Shown piece after piece: positions 39,726 through 49,633 of a stretch of 64,000 nucleotides of DNA. Every line of letters begins with the position of its first letter. Positions within the stretch are counted from its first letter, which is position 1. The translations under genes were made by a program, and so were the position numbers. The stretch comes from Ignavibacteria bacterium (GTDB lineage: Bacteria > Bacteroidota > Ignavibacteria > Tepidaquicellales > Tepidaquicellaceae), in NCBI GenBank assembly GCA_041649015.1, contig JBAZNU010000008.1, forward strand, positions 25,425 to 89,424. Reading direction: 5' to 3'. The notes beneath the pieces were generated by a model. It was given only the letters and a program-made list of their open reading frames with translations. It had not been told where the DNA came from and searched no databases.

Positions 39726-40013
39726 CTATAATACATTGATAGTAATTTTTTCAATAACCTCTGCATTTTTTGCTTCATAAGAAACGTCCGCTATCTTCCC
39801 TTCGGGAAATTCAGTAATCATTATCTCAGCCGATATCTTTATATCGCATGAACAGAAAAAATCATTCTTGCTTAAATATTTTCTTTCTGTCTGTCCATCT
39901 TTATCAAACTTCCCGTACGGGTCAAAAACAAGATCTCTGCCTTCTATCGAATGTGATTTATGGCATTCCTTGCATTTGAGCTTGAGATATCCCTTTCTTA
40001 TGAAACGTATCAT
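39726..40013 (-). CDS. small Cys-containing hypothetical protein (possible zinc-binding)
   Basis: The start is placed at Met25 of the track ORF (MIRFIRKGYLKLKCKECHKSH...FFCSCDIK..; CxxC plus CxC). The upstream 24 codons translate a perfect palindrome and begin with TTG, so they are probably non-coding. Confidence 0.45.
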   Translation of the reverse strand: MIRFIRKGYLKLKCKECHKSHSIEGRDLVFDPYGKFDKDGQTERKYLSKNDFFCSCDIKISAEIMITEFPEGKIADVSYEAKNAEVIEKITINVL

Positions 40014-40050
40014 TGTAGAATTAGTTTTGGTTGTTTTGTGAGGATAGTTT

Positions 40051-40079
40051 AACATCCTTCCCTCGCCGGGAAGGATGTT
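40051..40079 (-). other. GC-rich stem-loop separating the fatty-acid genes from the tubulin-like module
   Basis: Perfect 11-bp inverted repeat aacatccttcc / ggaaggatgtt (12 bp with the c-g closing pair), 13 nt downstream of the reductase stop. No clear U tract on the minus strand. Confidence 0.6.
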
Positions 40080-40092
40080 CTTCAATTTTATT

Positions 40093-40890
40093 TTAGAATC
40101 CGCTTATCGTTTCGCCGCCATCAATGTGTATAACACATCCAGTCATCCAGTGCGAGTCTCGTTTATAGTTGTCAAGAATAAAATTCGCAATATCTGTTGG
40201 TTCTGTAAGTTTTCCTTGCGGATTTCTCATTAGAGCCATTTTTATCAGGTCATCATTTTTTGGTATTTTTCTTAGTGCAGGAGTGTCCGTAACACCCGCA
40301 AGCAGGGCATTAACAGATATATGCCTGTGTCCGAGTTCTAGCGCTAACTGTCTTACATGTGATTCAAGACAAGCTTTAGCTGCTGATACTGCTCCATAGA
40401 ACTCAATGACTCTGGAACCGCCCGATGATGTCATAGCATATATTTTACCCCCTGCTTTCATCAAGTCTCTTTTCAATACTTCCTGCGTCCAGTAAACAAG
40501 ACTGTGAGCCATTACGTCAACAGTCATTTCCATCTGCTTCATATTTATTTGATCGTTGCCGTCTTCACTCACGAATTTTCTTAGAGTACCGAAAGCCAGT
40601 GAATGAACCAGAACCTTTATCGTTGGATTGTTTTTATTCTTGAATATCTCAACAACTGTATTAAGTACATCTTCACGTTTGTGCGGGTCAGCTGCATTGA
40701 TGTTGAAGAAATGTGCTTCAACTCCGTATGATTTGATTTCTTCAATTTCTTTCTCTACGTCAGGCATTGTTGTTGCCCTGTCTAAATGAACACCGATTAT
40801 GTTTACCCCATCCTTTGCAAGAGTAAGTGCTATTTCCTTTCCAAAACCGCTTGATGCTCCAAGAATTAGCGCAAAATATGTTTTCTCCAT
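40093..40890 (-). CDS. SDR-family enoyl-[acyl-carrier-protein] reductase-like protein (FabL/FabI-like)
   Basis: 265 aa. Gly-rich ..LGASSGFGKEIA.. and a Y-x6-K catalytic spacing (..FYGAVSAAK..), typical of enoyl-ACP reductases rather than the classical YxxxK SDRs. Lies downstream of accB-accC. Confidence 0.55.
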   Translation of the reverse strand: MEKTYFALILGASSGFGKEIALTLAKDGVNIIGVHLDRATTMPDVEKEIEEIKSYGVEAHFFNINAADPHKREDVLNTVVEIFKNKNNPTIKVLVHSLAFGTLRKFVSEDGNDQINMKQMEMTVDVMAHSLVYWTQEVLKRDLMKAGGKIYAMTSSGGSRVIEFYGAVSAAKACLESHVRQLALELGHRHISVNALLAGVTDTPALRKIPKNDDLIKMALMRNPQGKLTEPTDIANFILDNYKRDSHWMTGCVIHIDGGETISGF

Positions 40891-40899
40891 TATATATTA

Positions 40900-41448
40900 T
40901 TATTTACTTTTTAAAGCTATTATGCTCATTATCAGACTGACTATGAACAGAAAAATCAATATTGTCATAAAGGCAGCGGATGACCACATACCTGCAATTA
41001 TTCCCCAAATTATAAAAATCCAGATTACTGTTACTATAAAAAATAAATTCCAGCTTAGCAGCAATGATTGTCTTGTGGACTTTGTCCTGTGAAACGTCCT
41101 AAATAATGTCTTCACAAACAGAAAAAAGAAGAATCCTGCACCCGCCACTGAAAGAAGTATGTAAACAAATAAATTTACATTCGTAAATCTTGGTGTTTCC
41201 TTTTCGGATGCATTAATCACTGAGTCCGTCTTAATTACTGCTGTACTCGTAGTATCAATCTGGTTTATTATCTTTGAAGTATCAATCTGTACAGCATTAA
41301 TCTTTGATGTGTCTGTTTGCTTCTTTCCTGTTGAGTCCGTCTTCTTTGTCTGTCCGGCTAACGTAACAGTAAAAAGCAGCAATATTGTCAGCACTGCTGT
41401 TCCTGCTATTTTAATTCTACTATACTTCAATTTCTTCTCTTTTTTCAA
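40900..41448 (-). CDS. hypothetical membrane protein
   Basis: 182 aa. N-terminal signal/TM, a Thr/Asp/Ser/Lys/Ile-rich segment (..[15 protein letters not shown]..), then about 3 TM helices. The start overlaps the accC 3' end by 29 nt. Confidence 0.5.
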   Translation of the reverse strand: MKKEKKLKYSRIKIAGTAVLTILLLFTVTLAGQTKKTDSTGKKQTDTSKINAVQIDTSKIINQIDTTSTAVIKTDSVINASEKETPRFTNVNLFVYILLSVAGAGFFFFLFVKTLFRTFHRTKSTRQSLLLSWNLFFIVTVIWIFIIWGIIAGMWSSAAFMTILIFLFIVSLIMSIIALKSK

Positions 41449-42763
41449 TGTAGTTCGTATCGAAATCGTTTTCGATAAACTTTTTCTCTCTGAAAATTTG
41501 TTTAAAAATTGGTAATGTTGTTTTTACTCCTTCAATTATAAATTCATCGAGAGCTCTCAGCATCCTCGCTATTGCCTCTTCTCGTGTAGTTCCGAGAACA
41601 ATCAGTTTAGCTATCATAGAATCATAATGCTGTGGTATGTTATAACCGGAGTAGCAGTGTGTATCGATTCTTACTCCATGTCCTCCTGGTGCATTGAACG
41701 CAGTAATAAGTCCAGAACTAGATTGGAAATTCTTCGAAGGGTCTTCAGCATTTATTCTTACTTCAAAAGAATGCCCGAATAATTTCTGCTTCTTCTTCGA
41801 TATCCTTTCCCCCGCTGCTATTTTTATTTGTTCTTTCACCAGGTCAAGTCCTGAAACTGCCTCTGTAATAGGATGCTCTACCTGAATTCTTGTGTTCATT
41901 TCCATGAAATAAAAATCCTTATTCTTATCCACTAAAAATTCAACCGTTCCAAGGCTCTCATAATTTACCGTTTTCCCTGCAGCTATTGCAGCCTCGCACA
42001 TTCTCTCTCTTAAATCCTCATCAATTATAGGAGACGGTGATTCTTCAATTAACTTCTGATGCCTTCTTTGAACCGTACAGTCTCTTTCTCCCACATGTAC
42101 AATAGTCCCGTACTTATCGCCCATTATCTGAATTTCAACGTGTCTTGGATTTTCAACTAATTTCTCAATGTACATACTGTCATCCCCAAATGCAGCCATT
42201 GCCTCACTTTTTGCTATAAACATTGCCTGCTCTAAATGACTCGCTTCACGTACTATTCTCATGCCCTTACCTCCGCCTCCCGCTGCTGCTTTTAGCATGA
42301 TAGGATATCCAATCCTTTCTGCAATACTTGCTGCCGTCTCATAATCACTAAATTTCCCGTCGCTGCCCTGAACAAGCGGTACACCTGCTTCCTTCATAAG
42401 TCCTTTGGCTATCGCTTTATCTCCCATCTTAATTATCATTTCAGGTTTTGGACCTATAAATGTAATGTTAGTATCTGCGCATATTTCCGCAAATTCAGCA
42501 TTCTCCGCAAGAAATCCGTATCCGGGATGTATCGCGTCAGCATTCGTAATCTCCGCTGCTGCGATTATTTTAGGTATGCTTAAATAACTTTGGTCCGACT
42601 GCGGAGGCCCAATACATACGGCTTCATCTGCAAATCTTACGTGTAAAGAGTTCTTATCTGCTGTCGAATAAACAGCAACTGTCTTAATGCCTAATTCTTT
42701 GCAGGTTCTTATTATCCTTAACGCAACTTCGCCTCTATTAGCTATTAGAATTTTATTAAACAT
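41420..42763 (-). CDS. accC: acetyl-CoA carboxylase biotin carboxylase subunit
   Basis: 447 aa; [26 protein letters not shown].., ..[17 protein letters not shown].., ..[11 protein letters not shown].. Confidence 0.95.
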   Translation of the reverse strand: MFNKILIANRGEVALRIIRTCKELGIKTVAVYSTADKNSLHVRFADEAVCIGPPQSDQSYLSIPKIIAAAEITNADAIHPGYGFLAENAEFAEICADTNITFIGPKPEMIIKMGDKAIAKGLMKEAGVPLVQGSDGKFSDYETAASIAERIGYPIMLKAAAGGGGKGMRIVREASHLEQAMFIAKSEAMAAFGDDSMYIEKLVENPRHVEIQIMGDKYGTIVHVGERDCTVQRRHQKLIEESPSPIIDEDLRERMCEAAIAAGKTVNYESLGTVEFLVDKNKDFYFMEMNTRIQVEHPITEAVSGLDLVKEQIKIAAGERISKKKQKLFGHSFEVRINAEDPSKNFQSSSGLITAFNAPGGHGVRIDTHCYSGYNIPQHYDSMIAKLIVLGTTREEAIARMLRALDEFIIEGVKTTLPIFKQIFREKKFIENDFDTNYIEKREEIEV

Positions 42764-42788
42764 ATATTCTCCCCCGATAAGTTTATTT

Positions 42789-43277
42789 TTATGCTTTCTC
42801 TATTAACATCAGCGGCTGGTCGTACTCAACTGCCGTGCCGTTTTCTACAAGAATTTTTATTAATTTACCGGAAACTTCTGATTCAATTTCATTCATTAGT
42901 TTCATAGCTTCAATTATGCAGATTACCGACCCTGTACTTACTAAGTCTCCTGCTTTTACGTATGGTTCTGCATCAGGCGAAGGTGATGCATAGAACGTTC
43001 CTACCATGGGAGACCTGACTTCGTAAACATTAGTTCCTAATATTTCCTCTTTCTTGGTTTCCGATTTTGTCTCATGAGTAGTTTCCATACCTGCTGCCGG
43101 AGTATGCATAAATCCACCACCTTGTTGAGGTAACATTGGTACTGTTCCTGCAAACATCTTAGGTCTCGGTTTTGATAATCTTATTTTTGTGCCCTCTTCT
43201 TCAATTTCTATTTCGGCAAGATTGCTTGTATCAAGCATCTTTATAATCTTTTGTAAATATTTTAGGTCCATTTTCAT
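42789..43277 (-). CDS. accB: acetyl-CoA carboxylase biotin carboxyl carrier protein
   Basis: Biotinylation motif ..[11 protein letters not shown].. The start is placed at [12 protein letters not shown].. (or 43271, MDLK..), since the longer track ORF overlaps efp by 44 nt and homologs begin MD(I/L)(R/K). Confidence 0.9.
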   Translation of the reverse strand: MKMDLKYLQKIIKMLDTSNLAEIEIEEEGTKIRLSKPRPKMFAGTVPMLPQQGGGFMHTPAAGMETTHETKSETKKEEILGTNVYEVRSPMVGTFYASPSPDAEPYVKAGDLVSTGSVICIIEAMKLMNEIESEVSGKLIKILVENGTAVEYDQPLMLIEKA

Positions 43278-43305
43278 CTGTATTTTTAAATTAATAAAAT
43301 TCTGT

Positions 43306-43869
43306 TTATTTTTTAACTCTTTCGAGATATTCCCTCGTTCTAATATCAATTTTTATGAACTCTCCTTCATCTATAAATAAAGGTACATTCACTTCTGCAC
43401 CTGTTTCCAGTGTTACAGTCTTGGTCGCATTTGTTGAAGTATTGCCTTTAACTGCCGGAGGTGCCGAAGTAACCTGAAGTACAATATGTGGAGGTAAAAC
43501 CAGTGATAATGCCTTTCCATTGTGGAAAACAATCTGAACTTCCTGTCCGGCTTTTAAAAATTCACCTTGCTCTCCAACTATGTCTTCCAATAAATGTATC
43601 TGATCGTACGTCTCGTTCTCCATGAAGTAGTACTCTGTATTATCTTTGTACAAATACTGATATACCTTCTGTTCAAGTCTCTCTACAGTAATTTCCTCAC
43701 CCGAACGGAACCTGTTGTCAATCATCTTCCCGTTTCTCAAATTCCTCATTTTTACCTGATAAAATGCCCTTAAATTGCCGGGTGTTCTGTGCTCTACCTG
43801 TAAAACTTGGTGTAAATCGTTGTTAAATTTGATAATAATACCATTTTTTAAATCTGAGGTTGTTGCCAT
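43306..43869 (-). CDS. efp: elongation factor P
   Basis: 187 aa; [28 protein letters not shown]...[11 protein letters not shown].. Confidence 0.93.
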   Translation of the reverse strand: MATTSDLKNGIIIKFNNDLHQVLQVEHRTPGNLRAFYQVKMRNLRNGKMIDNRFRSGEEITVERLEQKVYQYLYKDNTEYYFMENETYDQIHLLEDIVGEQGEFLKAGQEVQIVFHNGKALSLVLPPHIVLQVTSAPPAVKGNTSTNATKTVTLETGAEVNVPLFIDEGEFIKIDIRTREYLERVKK

Positions 43870-44040
43870 TCCTTTTCCTTAATTATTAAATCTAATTTTT
43901 GCAATTATAAATATACCGAATTCGATTAGCAAAATCAATTTAAGATATACGGATTATTTAATTTGAATTTTGTTTGCTTTTTAAGTATTTTAATGAAATT
44001 CAATTAGAATCTTATCAAAAATCTATAAAACGGAGTTAAA

Positions 44041-45033
44041 ATGTCACTAAAAATTGGAATAAATGGTTTCGGGCGTATCGGACGCCTTGTTTTTAAAAGG
44101 ATGATCCAAAAGGGTGGTTTTGAGGTTGTTGCTGTTAATGACCTGGCTGATACCAAAACTTTAACGCATCTTCTTAAATATGACTCGATTCATGGCAGGT
44201 TTCCGGGTGAATTAAAGGTAACTGAAAAAGGTTTTAATCTTAATGGTAAAGAAATCCTGATTACTTCTGAAAAAGATCCCACGAAACTCGAATGGGATAA
44301 GAAAGGTGTTGATCTCGTAATCGAATCCACCGGTGTCTTTACTACAAAAGAAAAGCTTTCTATGCACCTTACAGCAGGAGCTAAAAAAGTTATTCTTACT
44401 GCTCCGCCTAAAGATGATCTCGATGCTATAGTAGTTCTCGGTGTTAATGACGAAGTTTTAAAGCCCGAGTATAAGATAATTTCAAATGCTTCATGCACAA
44501 CGAACTGTCTCGCTCCTATGGTTAAAGTTCTAGACGATAATTTCGGTATAGAGAAAGGTTTTATGAATACTATCCACTCTTATACTAATGATCAGGTTAT
44601 GCTCGATCAGCCGCACAAAGACCTCAGAAGAGCAAGAGCGGGTGCTGTTAATATTATTCCAACTTCAACTGGTGCCGCAAAAGCAGTCGGTAAAGTTATG
44701 CCCCATCTTAACGGCAAACTTGACGGTTTATCTCTTAGAGTCCCTACACCAGACGGCTCCATTACAGACTTTACTGTTATTCTTAAGAAAGAAGTTAAGA
44801 AAGAAGAAATCAACGCAGCTATGAAGAAAGCTTCGGAAACTTCGCTTAAAGGTATTCTCGAATATTGTGAAGACCCGATTGTATCTTCTGATATAGTAGG
44901 TAACGACCATTCCTGTATCTTCGATGCACTCTCAACAATGGCATTCGGAAGTCTTGTAAAAGTCATTGGGTGGTATGATAATGAGTGGGGATACAGCTGC
45001 AGAGTTGTTGACTTAGCTAAAAGAATTATCTAA
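44041..45033 (+). CDS. gap: type I glyceraldehyde-3-phosphate dehydrogenase
   Basis: 330 aa; ..[14 protein letters not shown].., active site ..[12 protein letters not shown].., ..WYDNEWGYS.. Confidence 0.96.
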   Translation: MSLKIGINGFGRIGRLVFKRMIQKGGFEVVAVNDLADTKTLTHLLKYDSIHGRFPGELKVTEKGFNLNGKEILITSEKDPTKLEWDKKGVDLVIESTGVFTTKEKLSMHLTAGAKKVILTAPPKDDLDAIVVLGVNDEVLKPEYKIISNASCTTNCLAPMVKVLDDNFGIEKGFMNTIHSYTNDQVMLDQPHKDLRRARAGAVNIIPTSTGAAKAVGKVMPHLNGKLDGLSLRVPTPDGSITDFTVILKKEVKKEEINAAMKKASETSLKGILEYCEDPIVSSDIVGNDHSCIFDALSTMAFGSLVKVIGWYDNEWGYSCRVVDLAKRII

Positions 45034-45119
45034 TTTTATAATGTAAATATTTTCACACCTAGTTAAACTTCGGTTTGAGAAGGTATTTAAAAATAATTAT
45101 AAACTTTTTCACTACTTGC

Positions 45120-45148
45120 AAGCCGGCTAATAACCGGCTTTTTATTTT
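45120..45148 (+). terminator. intrinsic terminator after gap
   Basis: aagccgg-ctaataa-ccggctt stem followed by tttatttt. Confidence 0.7.
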
Positions 45149-45239
45149 GACAATTCATATTTGAGTGTTTGGTTTTTTATAAATTACCGGTTTATCCTTT
45201 TGGATTTACTAATTCAAGCTTTTTTACAAAATTACATCA

Positions 45240-46688
45240 ATGTTCCATGCAAAACGAAATATTGAGCTTCTCATTCTACTTTGCACTTTATCAATAGTAA
45301 TAATTTGGCAGTTGTTCTTCATTATTCAACTCCATGACGGCGATACCGATGCTTATGCACATTTTATAATAGCAAGAGATATTGTCAAAAATCCTTACAA
45401 TCTGAGTTCTCACTGGGTATGGCTTCCGCTTTTTCATTATATTGGTGCATTTTTTGTCATAATCGGTACAGACCTCGAACCTATAAGATTTGTAAATCTA
45501 ATATTGTGGAATGCTACTCCCTTAGTGTTATTTTTCTATCTAAGACAGAAACTTGCAGATTCTGTTATTCCTATAATTGCTTCTTTACTCACAGCACTAT
45601 CGCCAATTGGTATATTGATGGGCACGACAGCACAGCCCGAACCATTATTCACTTTGTTAATTCTTTTATTTATAGTTGCTTTTGATTTTAAAAAATATTT
45701 TATATCAGCATTGCTTCTCTCGGCTTCATGCATGCTCCGTTATGAAGCGTGGGCAGTGCTAGCGGGACTGGGGATATATTTCTTAATTCTGTTTTTTAAT
45801 AAAAAGAACTGCAAGATTTCATCTACAGGGAAATGCTTTTTCTATTATTCAAATGTATTTCTTCCTTTATTCATTATTATTATTTGGACATTCCTTCGCT
45901 TTCAATCTGATGGGGAGTGGTTTTCATTCCTACATGGTACACAAAAGTTTGCAAACGATGCACTCGGCGAAGCAAACTCATTCCAAGGTGGAATATTAAA
46001 ATTTATAAATGATTTATTTTTCTATCCGTTTTGGATTCCGTTTCTTTATACAGGTATTTCAGCAATTCTTATTCCTTTCGGATTGAAAAAATTCTTTGAA
46101 CAAAACAAAATTTCCTTTGTTGTGTCTCTAAGTATTCTGATTTTCATTTCAGTAAGTTGGGTAATGAAGGCAAACCTTGGACTTAACCGACACTTTACAT
46201 CTCTTCTTCCCTTTTATTCACTGCTGATTGCATACGGATTTGCATCTGCATTAGAATATCTGAAAAAATACAAACTTTTTAGTTCAGGGAAACTTCTGCT
46301 TTCTGTGTTTGCCGTAATCATATTATTTTATACTTCAATGTGGCTCTATATCTGGAGAAATACTAACTCAAATAACTTTTTCGAAAAACAAGATACTATC
46401 GAATATCTTAAACATATAAATTCTTTTGATCCTGATGCCCTGATTCTTTGTAACGACCCGATGATTGAAATCCTTAGCGAAATTAATTTTAAATCATTCA
46501 ATCATTTCTGGATGGGTGAAAACCTTGAAACCAAACTATACATAGAATCCCTAAAACAAGACTCTGAAAAAATAGTTATCGTTACCTCTGCTCAAAGGGA
46601 AAACTTCTTTTCATCATTTTCTGAAAAAATTTACGAATCCTCATCTCCCGATAAAAACGGCTTCAAAATACTTATATTCAAATATTAA
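45240..46688 (+). CDS. polytopic membrane protein, ArnT/PMT-like (GT39/GT83-type) glycosyltransferase candidate
   Basis: 482 aa with about 10 or more hydrophobic helices. First loop ..HDGDTDAYAHFIIARDI..; soluble C-terminal ~100 aa. Weak, pattern-based call. Confidence 0.35.
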   Translation: MFHAKRNIELLILLCTLSIVIIWQLFFIIQLHDGDTDAYAHFIIARDIVKNPYNLSSHWVWLPLFHYIGAFFVIIGTDLEPIRFVNLILWNATPLVLFFYLRQKLADSVIPIIASLLTALSPIGILMGTTAQPEPLFTLLILLFIVAFDFKKYFISALLLSASCMLRYEAWAVLAGLGIYFLILFFNKKNCKISSTGKCFFYYSNVFLPLFIIIIWTFLRFQSDGEWFSFLHGTQKFANDALGEANSFQGGILKFINDLFFYPFWIPFLYTGISAILIPFGLKKFFEQNKISFVVSLSILIFISVSWVMKANLGLNRHFTSLLPFYSLLIAYGFASALEYLKKYKLFSSGKLLLSVFAVIILFYTSMWLYIWRNTNSNNFFEKQDTIEYLKHINSFDPDALILCNDPMIEILSEINFKSFNHFWMGENLETKLYIESLKQDSEKIVIVTSAQRENFFSSFSEKIYESSSPDKNGFKILIFKY

Positions 46689-46749
46689 TATCGTGTAAAT
46701 ACATGTACTTATTTTGTTATCATTTTCGCACTCTTTATTTTTTCATAAC

Positions 46750-46793
46750 TTGTCTCTAATTTGTCTATAATTAGTCTTGAATTAGTCTTAACC
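46750..46793. repeat. 4 tandem 11-bp units (TWGTCTn + 4 bp)
   Basis: TTGTCTCTAAT TTGTCTATAAT TAGTCTTGAAT TAGTCTTAACC; about 110 bp upstream of tRNA-Val. Confidence 0.9.
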
Positions 46794-46902
46794 TAATTTT
46801 ACCTTATTTCTGTTTTTCCATATACTAAATATTTCCTTGCGGTTTCCTCAAAATTGGTTTGATTATTATCTCTTTAAGCAGTATTTTTATTGTTTGTTAA
46901 AA

Positions 46903-46976
46903 GGGCGATTAGCTCAGTTGGTTAGAGCACTTCGTTTACACCGAAGGGGTCTGAGGTTCGAATCCTTAATCGCCCA
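46903..46976 (+). tRNA. tRNA-Val (anticodon UAC)
   Basis: GGGCGAT-TA-GCTC-AGTTGGTTA-GAGC-A-CTTCG-TT-TAC-AC-CGAAG-GGGTC-TGAGG-TTCGAAT-CCTTA-ATCGCCC-A; 74 nt. Confidence 0.9.
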
Positions 46977-47062
46977 CTCTTGAAAGGTTGTAGATTCACA
47001 TTTTCTCGGGTCAACAATCTTTTTTGATATAAAGAACCTTGATTTGAAAACTTTACCTGTGG

Positions 47063-48094
47063 ATGAAGAGTAAGCTTTATTTTATTGGGACTGTTCTGGC
47101 AATATTTCTAATTAATCTTGTAAAAGATTCCATCGACCCTTATTATTACACGATCCTTATCTACATCGGAATCAACATTATACTTGCTTCCAGTCTTAAT
47201 TTAATAAACGGTTTTACAGGTCAGTTCTCCCTCGGTCATGCAGGCTTCATGGCTATCGGAGGATATTTATCCATTGCCTTCTCAACATACTTTGCTCCTT
47301 TCTTTAGCTCACTTTTTGGTACCGGATTATTTGGCGAGAATATGACGTTTGTTAGTGTCATAATTGCCGGCGGTATTGCTGCTGCTTTGATTGGATTACT
47401 TGTTGGAGTTCCTTCTCTTCGTCTCAAAGGTGATTATCTTGCAATCGTCACTCTCGGTTTTTCTGAAATTATACGTGTTCTAATTCAAGGTATGGATTTC
47501 ATCGGAGCATCGCAGGGGTACCGTGGTGTGTATCAATACAGTAATGGAATAAAAAGTCTATCAATGATTGAGGGGTCTCAGGACTCATTCGTTTTTTACA
47601 GTGTTCCGAAATATACGGACTTCTTCTGGGTATTCTTTGTGGCGGCTATACTTATTTATTTCACATTTAATCTAATTAACTCAACCTATGGCAGGGGATT
47701 CATTGCAGTAAAAGATGATGAGGTCGCAGCTGAATCAATGGGTATTAATACAACAAAGTTTAAAGTTATGGCTTTCGTAAGCGGTGCTTTCTTTGCAGGT
47801 GTTGCCGGAGCTCTGTACGGTCACTTCAATCTGTATCTCAACCCGGAAGACTTCAATTTCCTTAAATCAATCGAAATAGTTGCAATGGTCATTCTCGGAG
47901 GCATGGGAAGTATTCCTGGTGTTATTATTGCCGCTGTTATACTTACAATACTCCCGGAATTACTTCGCGGAATATCAGAATATAGAATGGTTGTCTATGC
48001 ACTTTTGCTTATAATAATGATGTTAACCCGTCCTCAGGGAATATTCGGTGTCAAGTTCAGAATTAGGAAGAAGAAAGCAGGTACGGTAAAATGA
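47063..48094 (+). CDS. livM: branched-chain amino acid ABC transporter permease (LivM-type)
   Basis: 343 aa, multi-TM; ..GQFSLGHAGFMAIGGY.., ..LRLKGDYLAIVTLGFSEI.., ..FIAVKDDEVAAESMGIN.. Confidence 0.85.
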   Translation: MKSKLYFIGTVLAIFLINLVKDSIDPYYYTILIYIGINIILASSLNLINGFTGQFSLGHAGFMAIGGYLSIAFSTYFAPFFSSLFGTGLFGENMTFVSVIIAGGIAAALIGLLVGVPSLRLKGDYLAIVTLGFSEIIRVLIQGMDFIGASQGYRGVYQYSNGIKSLSMIEGSQDSFVFYSVPKYTDFFWVFFVAAILIYFTFNLINSTYGRGFIAVKDDEVAAESMGINTTKFKVMAFVSGAFFAGVAGALYGHFNLYLNPEDFNFLKSIEIVAMVILGGMGSIPGVIIAAVILTILPELLRGISEYRMVVYALLLIIMMLTRPQGIFGVKFRIRKKKAGTVK

Positions 48095-48864
48095 ACGTAC
48101 TTAAACTGGATAATATTACGATGAAGTTCGGAGGATTAATTAGTATTGATGCTCTGAATGCTGAAGTTAATGAAAATGAGCTCGTTGGTCTTATCGGTCC
48201 TAACGGTGCCGGTAAGACGACAGTATTCAACGTAATCACAAGTGTTTATACGCCGACATCAGGCGATGTATTGTTCCTCGGCGATTCACTGATAAAATAC
48301 AGTACAAGCCAGATAGCACATCTTGGTATCTGCAGGACTTTTCAGAATATCCGTCTGTTCAAAAGCCTCAGCGTTAAAGATAATGTAAGAGTCTCATTCG
48401 GCGTTCACTTAAAATCAGGCTTCTTTTCTTCAGTTATTCAATTGAACAAATTCGCTGCTGAAGAAAAGAAGATTGATAAGGGTATTGATGAACTCCTTGA
48501 AATGTTCGGACTTCACGATGTTAAGGATGAAGAAGCAATCTCATTGCCTTATGGTGACCAGAGAAAGGTTGAAATCGTCAGAGCCCTTGCAACAGAGCCG
48601 AAACTCCTGCTTCTTGATGAACCAGCCGCAGGTATGAATCCTAAAGAGAAGTCTGACCTTATGAAACTTATAAAAGACGTAAAAGAAAAGTTTAAGATTT
48701 CGATACTTCTTATAGAGCATGACATGAGTGTAGTAATGGGTATATGCGAAAGGATTTATGTTATTGAATACGGCAAGAAAATAGCTGAAGGATTGCCGTC
48801 AGAAATACAGTCGAATGAAAAGGTTATTGAAGCATATTTAGGAGATACGAAACACCATGCTTAA
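48091..48864 (+). CDS. livG: branched-chain amino acid ABC transporter ATP-binding protein (LivG-type)
   Basis: 257 aa; GPNGAGKTT, ..RTFQNIRLF.., ..LPYGDQRKVEI.RALA..P.LLLLDEPAAGMNP.. Confidence 0.88.
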   Translation: MNVLKLDNITMKFGGLISIDALNAEVNENELVGLIGPNGAGKTTVFNVITSVYTPTSGDVLFLGDSLIKYSTSQIAHLGICRTFQNIRLFKSLSVKDNVRVSFGVHLKSGFFSSVIQLNKFAAEEKKIDKGIDELLEMFGLHDVKDEEAISLPYGDQRKVEIVRALATEPKLLLLDEPAAGMNPKEKSDLMKLIKDVKEKFKISILLIEHDMSVVMGICERIYVIEYGKKIAEGLPSEIQSNEKVIEAYLGDTKHHA

Positions 48865-49564
48865 GATTGAAAACCTGAACGTTAATTACGGTGCCATAAA
48901 GGCAGTCAAAGATATTACCATTGAAGTTAAAAAAGGTGAAATAGTAACTCTAATCGGTGCGAACGGTGCGGGGAAGTCAACGATACTTCGCACAATCTCT
49001 TCAATCATAAAAGCCGCATCCGGCAGAATACTTTTAGAAGGAAAAGATATATCTAATTTACCACCTCACAAAATAGTTGAGCTTGGCATTTCTCAGGCAC
49101 CCGAAGGAAGAATGATTTTTTCAAACCTGACTGTTCAGGAGAATCTTGAAATGGGTGCATTCACACGCAAAGATAAAGATAACATTCACTACGACCTCGA
49201 ATTTATTTTTACACTTTTCCCTCGTCTCAAGGAAAGGTTAAAGCAGCCCGGTGGTACGCTAAGCGGAGGCGAGCAGCAGATGCTCGCAATCTCACGTGCT
49301 ATCATGTCAAAACCGAAACTGCTTCTACTTGATGAACCTTCACTCGGTATAGCACCTATATTAGTAAAACAGATATTTGAAAAGATTAAATCTCTTAAAG
49401 ATGCTTCAGGGCTTACAATCTTACTTGTTGAGCAGAATGCTAACATAGCATTATCAATTTCAGATTACGCATATGTACTCGAAACGGGCACCATTAAACT
49501 GGAAGGAGAGGCAAAAGCCATGGCAGATAATCCTGAAGTTCGGAAAGCTTATTTGGGCGAATAA
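48857..49564 (+). CDS. livF: branched-chain amino acid ABC transporter ATP-binding protein (LivF-type)
   Basis: 235 aa; GANGAGKST, ..LSGGEQQMLAI.RA.., ..LLLDEPSLGIAP.., C-terminal ..VRKAYLGE. Confidence 0.88.
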   Translation: MLKIENLNVNYGAIKAVKDITIEVKKGEIVTLIGANGAGKSTILRTISSIIKAASGRILLEGKDISNLPPHKIVELGISQAPEGRMIFSNLTVQENLEMGAFTRKDKDNIHYDLEFIFTLFPRLKERLKQPGGTLSGGEQQMLAISRAIMSKPKLLLLDEPSLGIAPILVKQIFEKIKSLKDASGLTILLVEQNANIALSISDYAYVLETGTIKLEGEAKAMADNPEVRKAYLGE

Positions 49565-49633
49565 TTCCTTTATTTTCACTATTTTTGTAGTACCTCTAAC
49601 AATAAACTATTACCAATTTAAACACATTGTATC

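Noticed and set aside
40014-40085. A 24-codon N-terminal extension (TTG start) of the small Cys protein.
   Set aside because: It runs through a perfect 11-bp palindrome that is more plausibly an RNA/DNA structural element. The extension is kept only as an alternative.
43963-43991. A possible gap promoter: TTGAAT-17-TATTTT.
   Set aside because: The -10 matches only TA...T in a very AT-rich context where such matches occur by chance. It was not listed as a feature.
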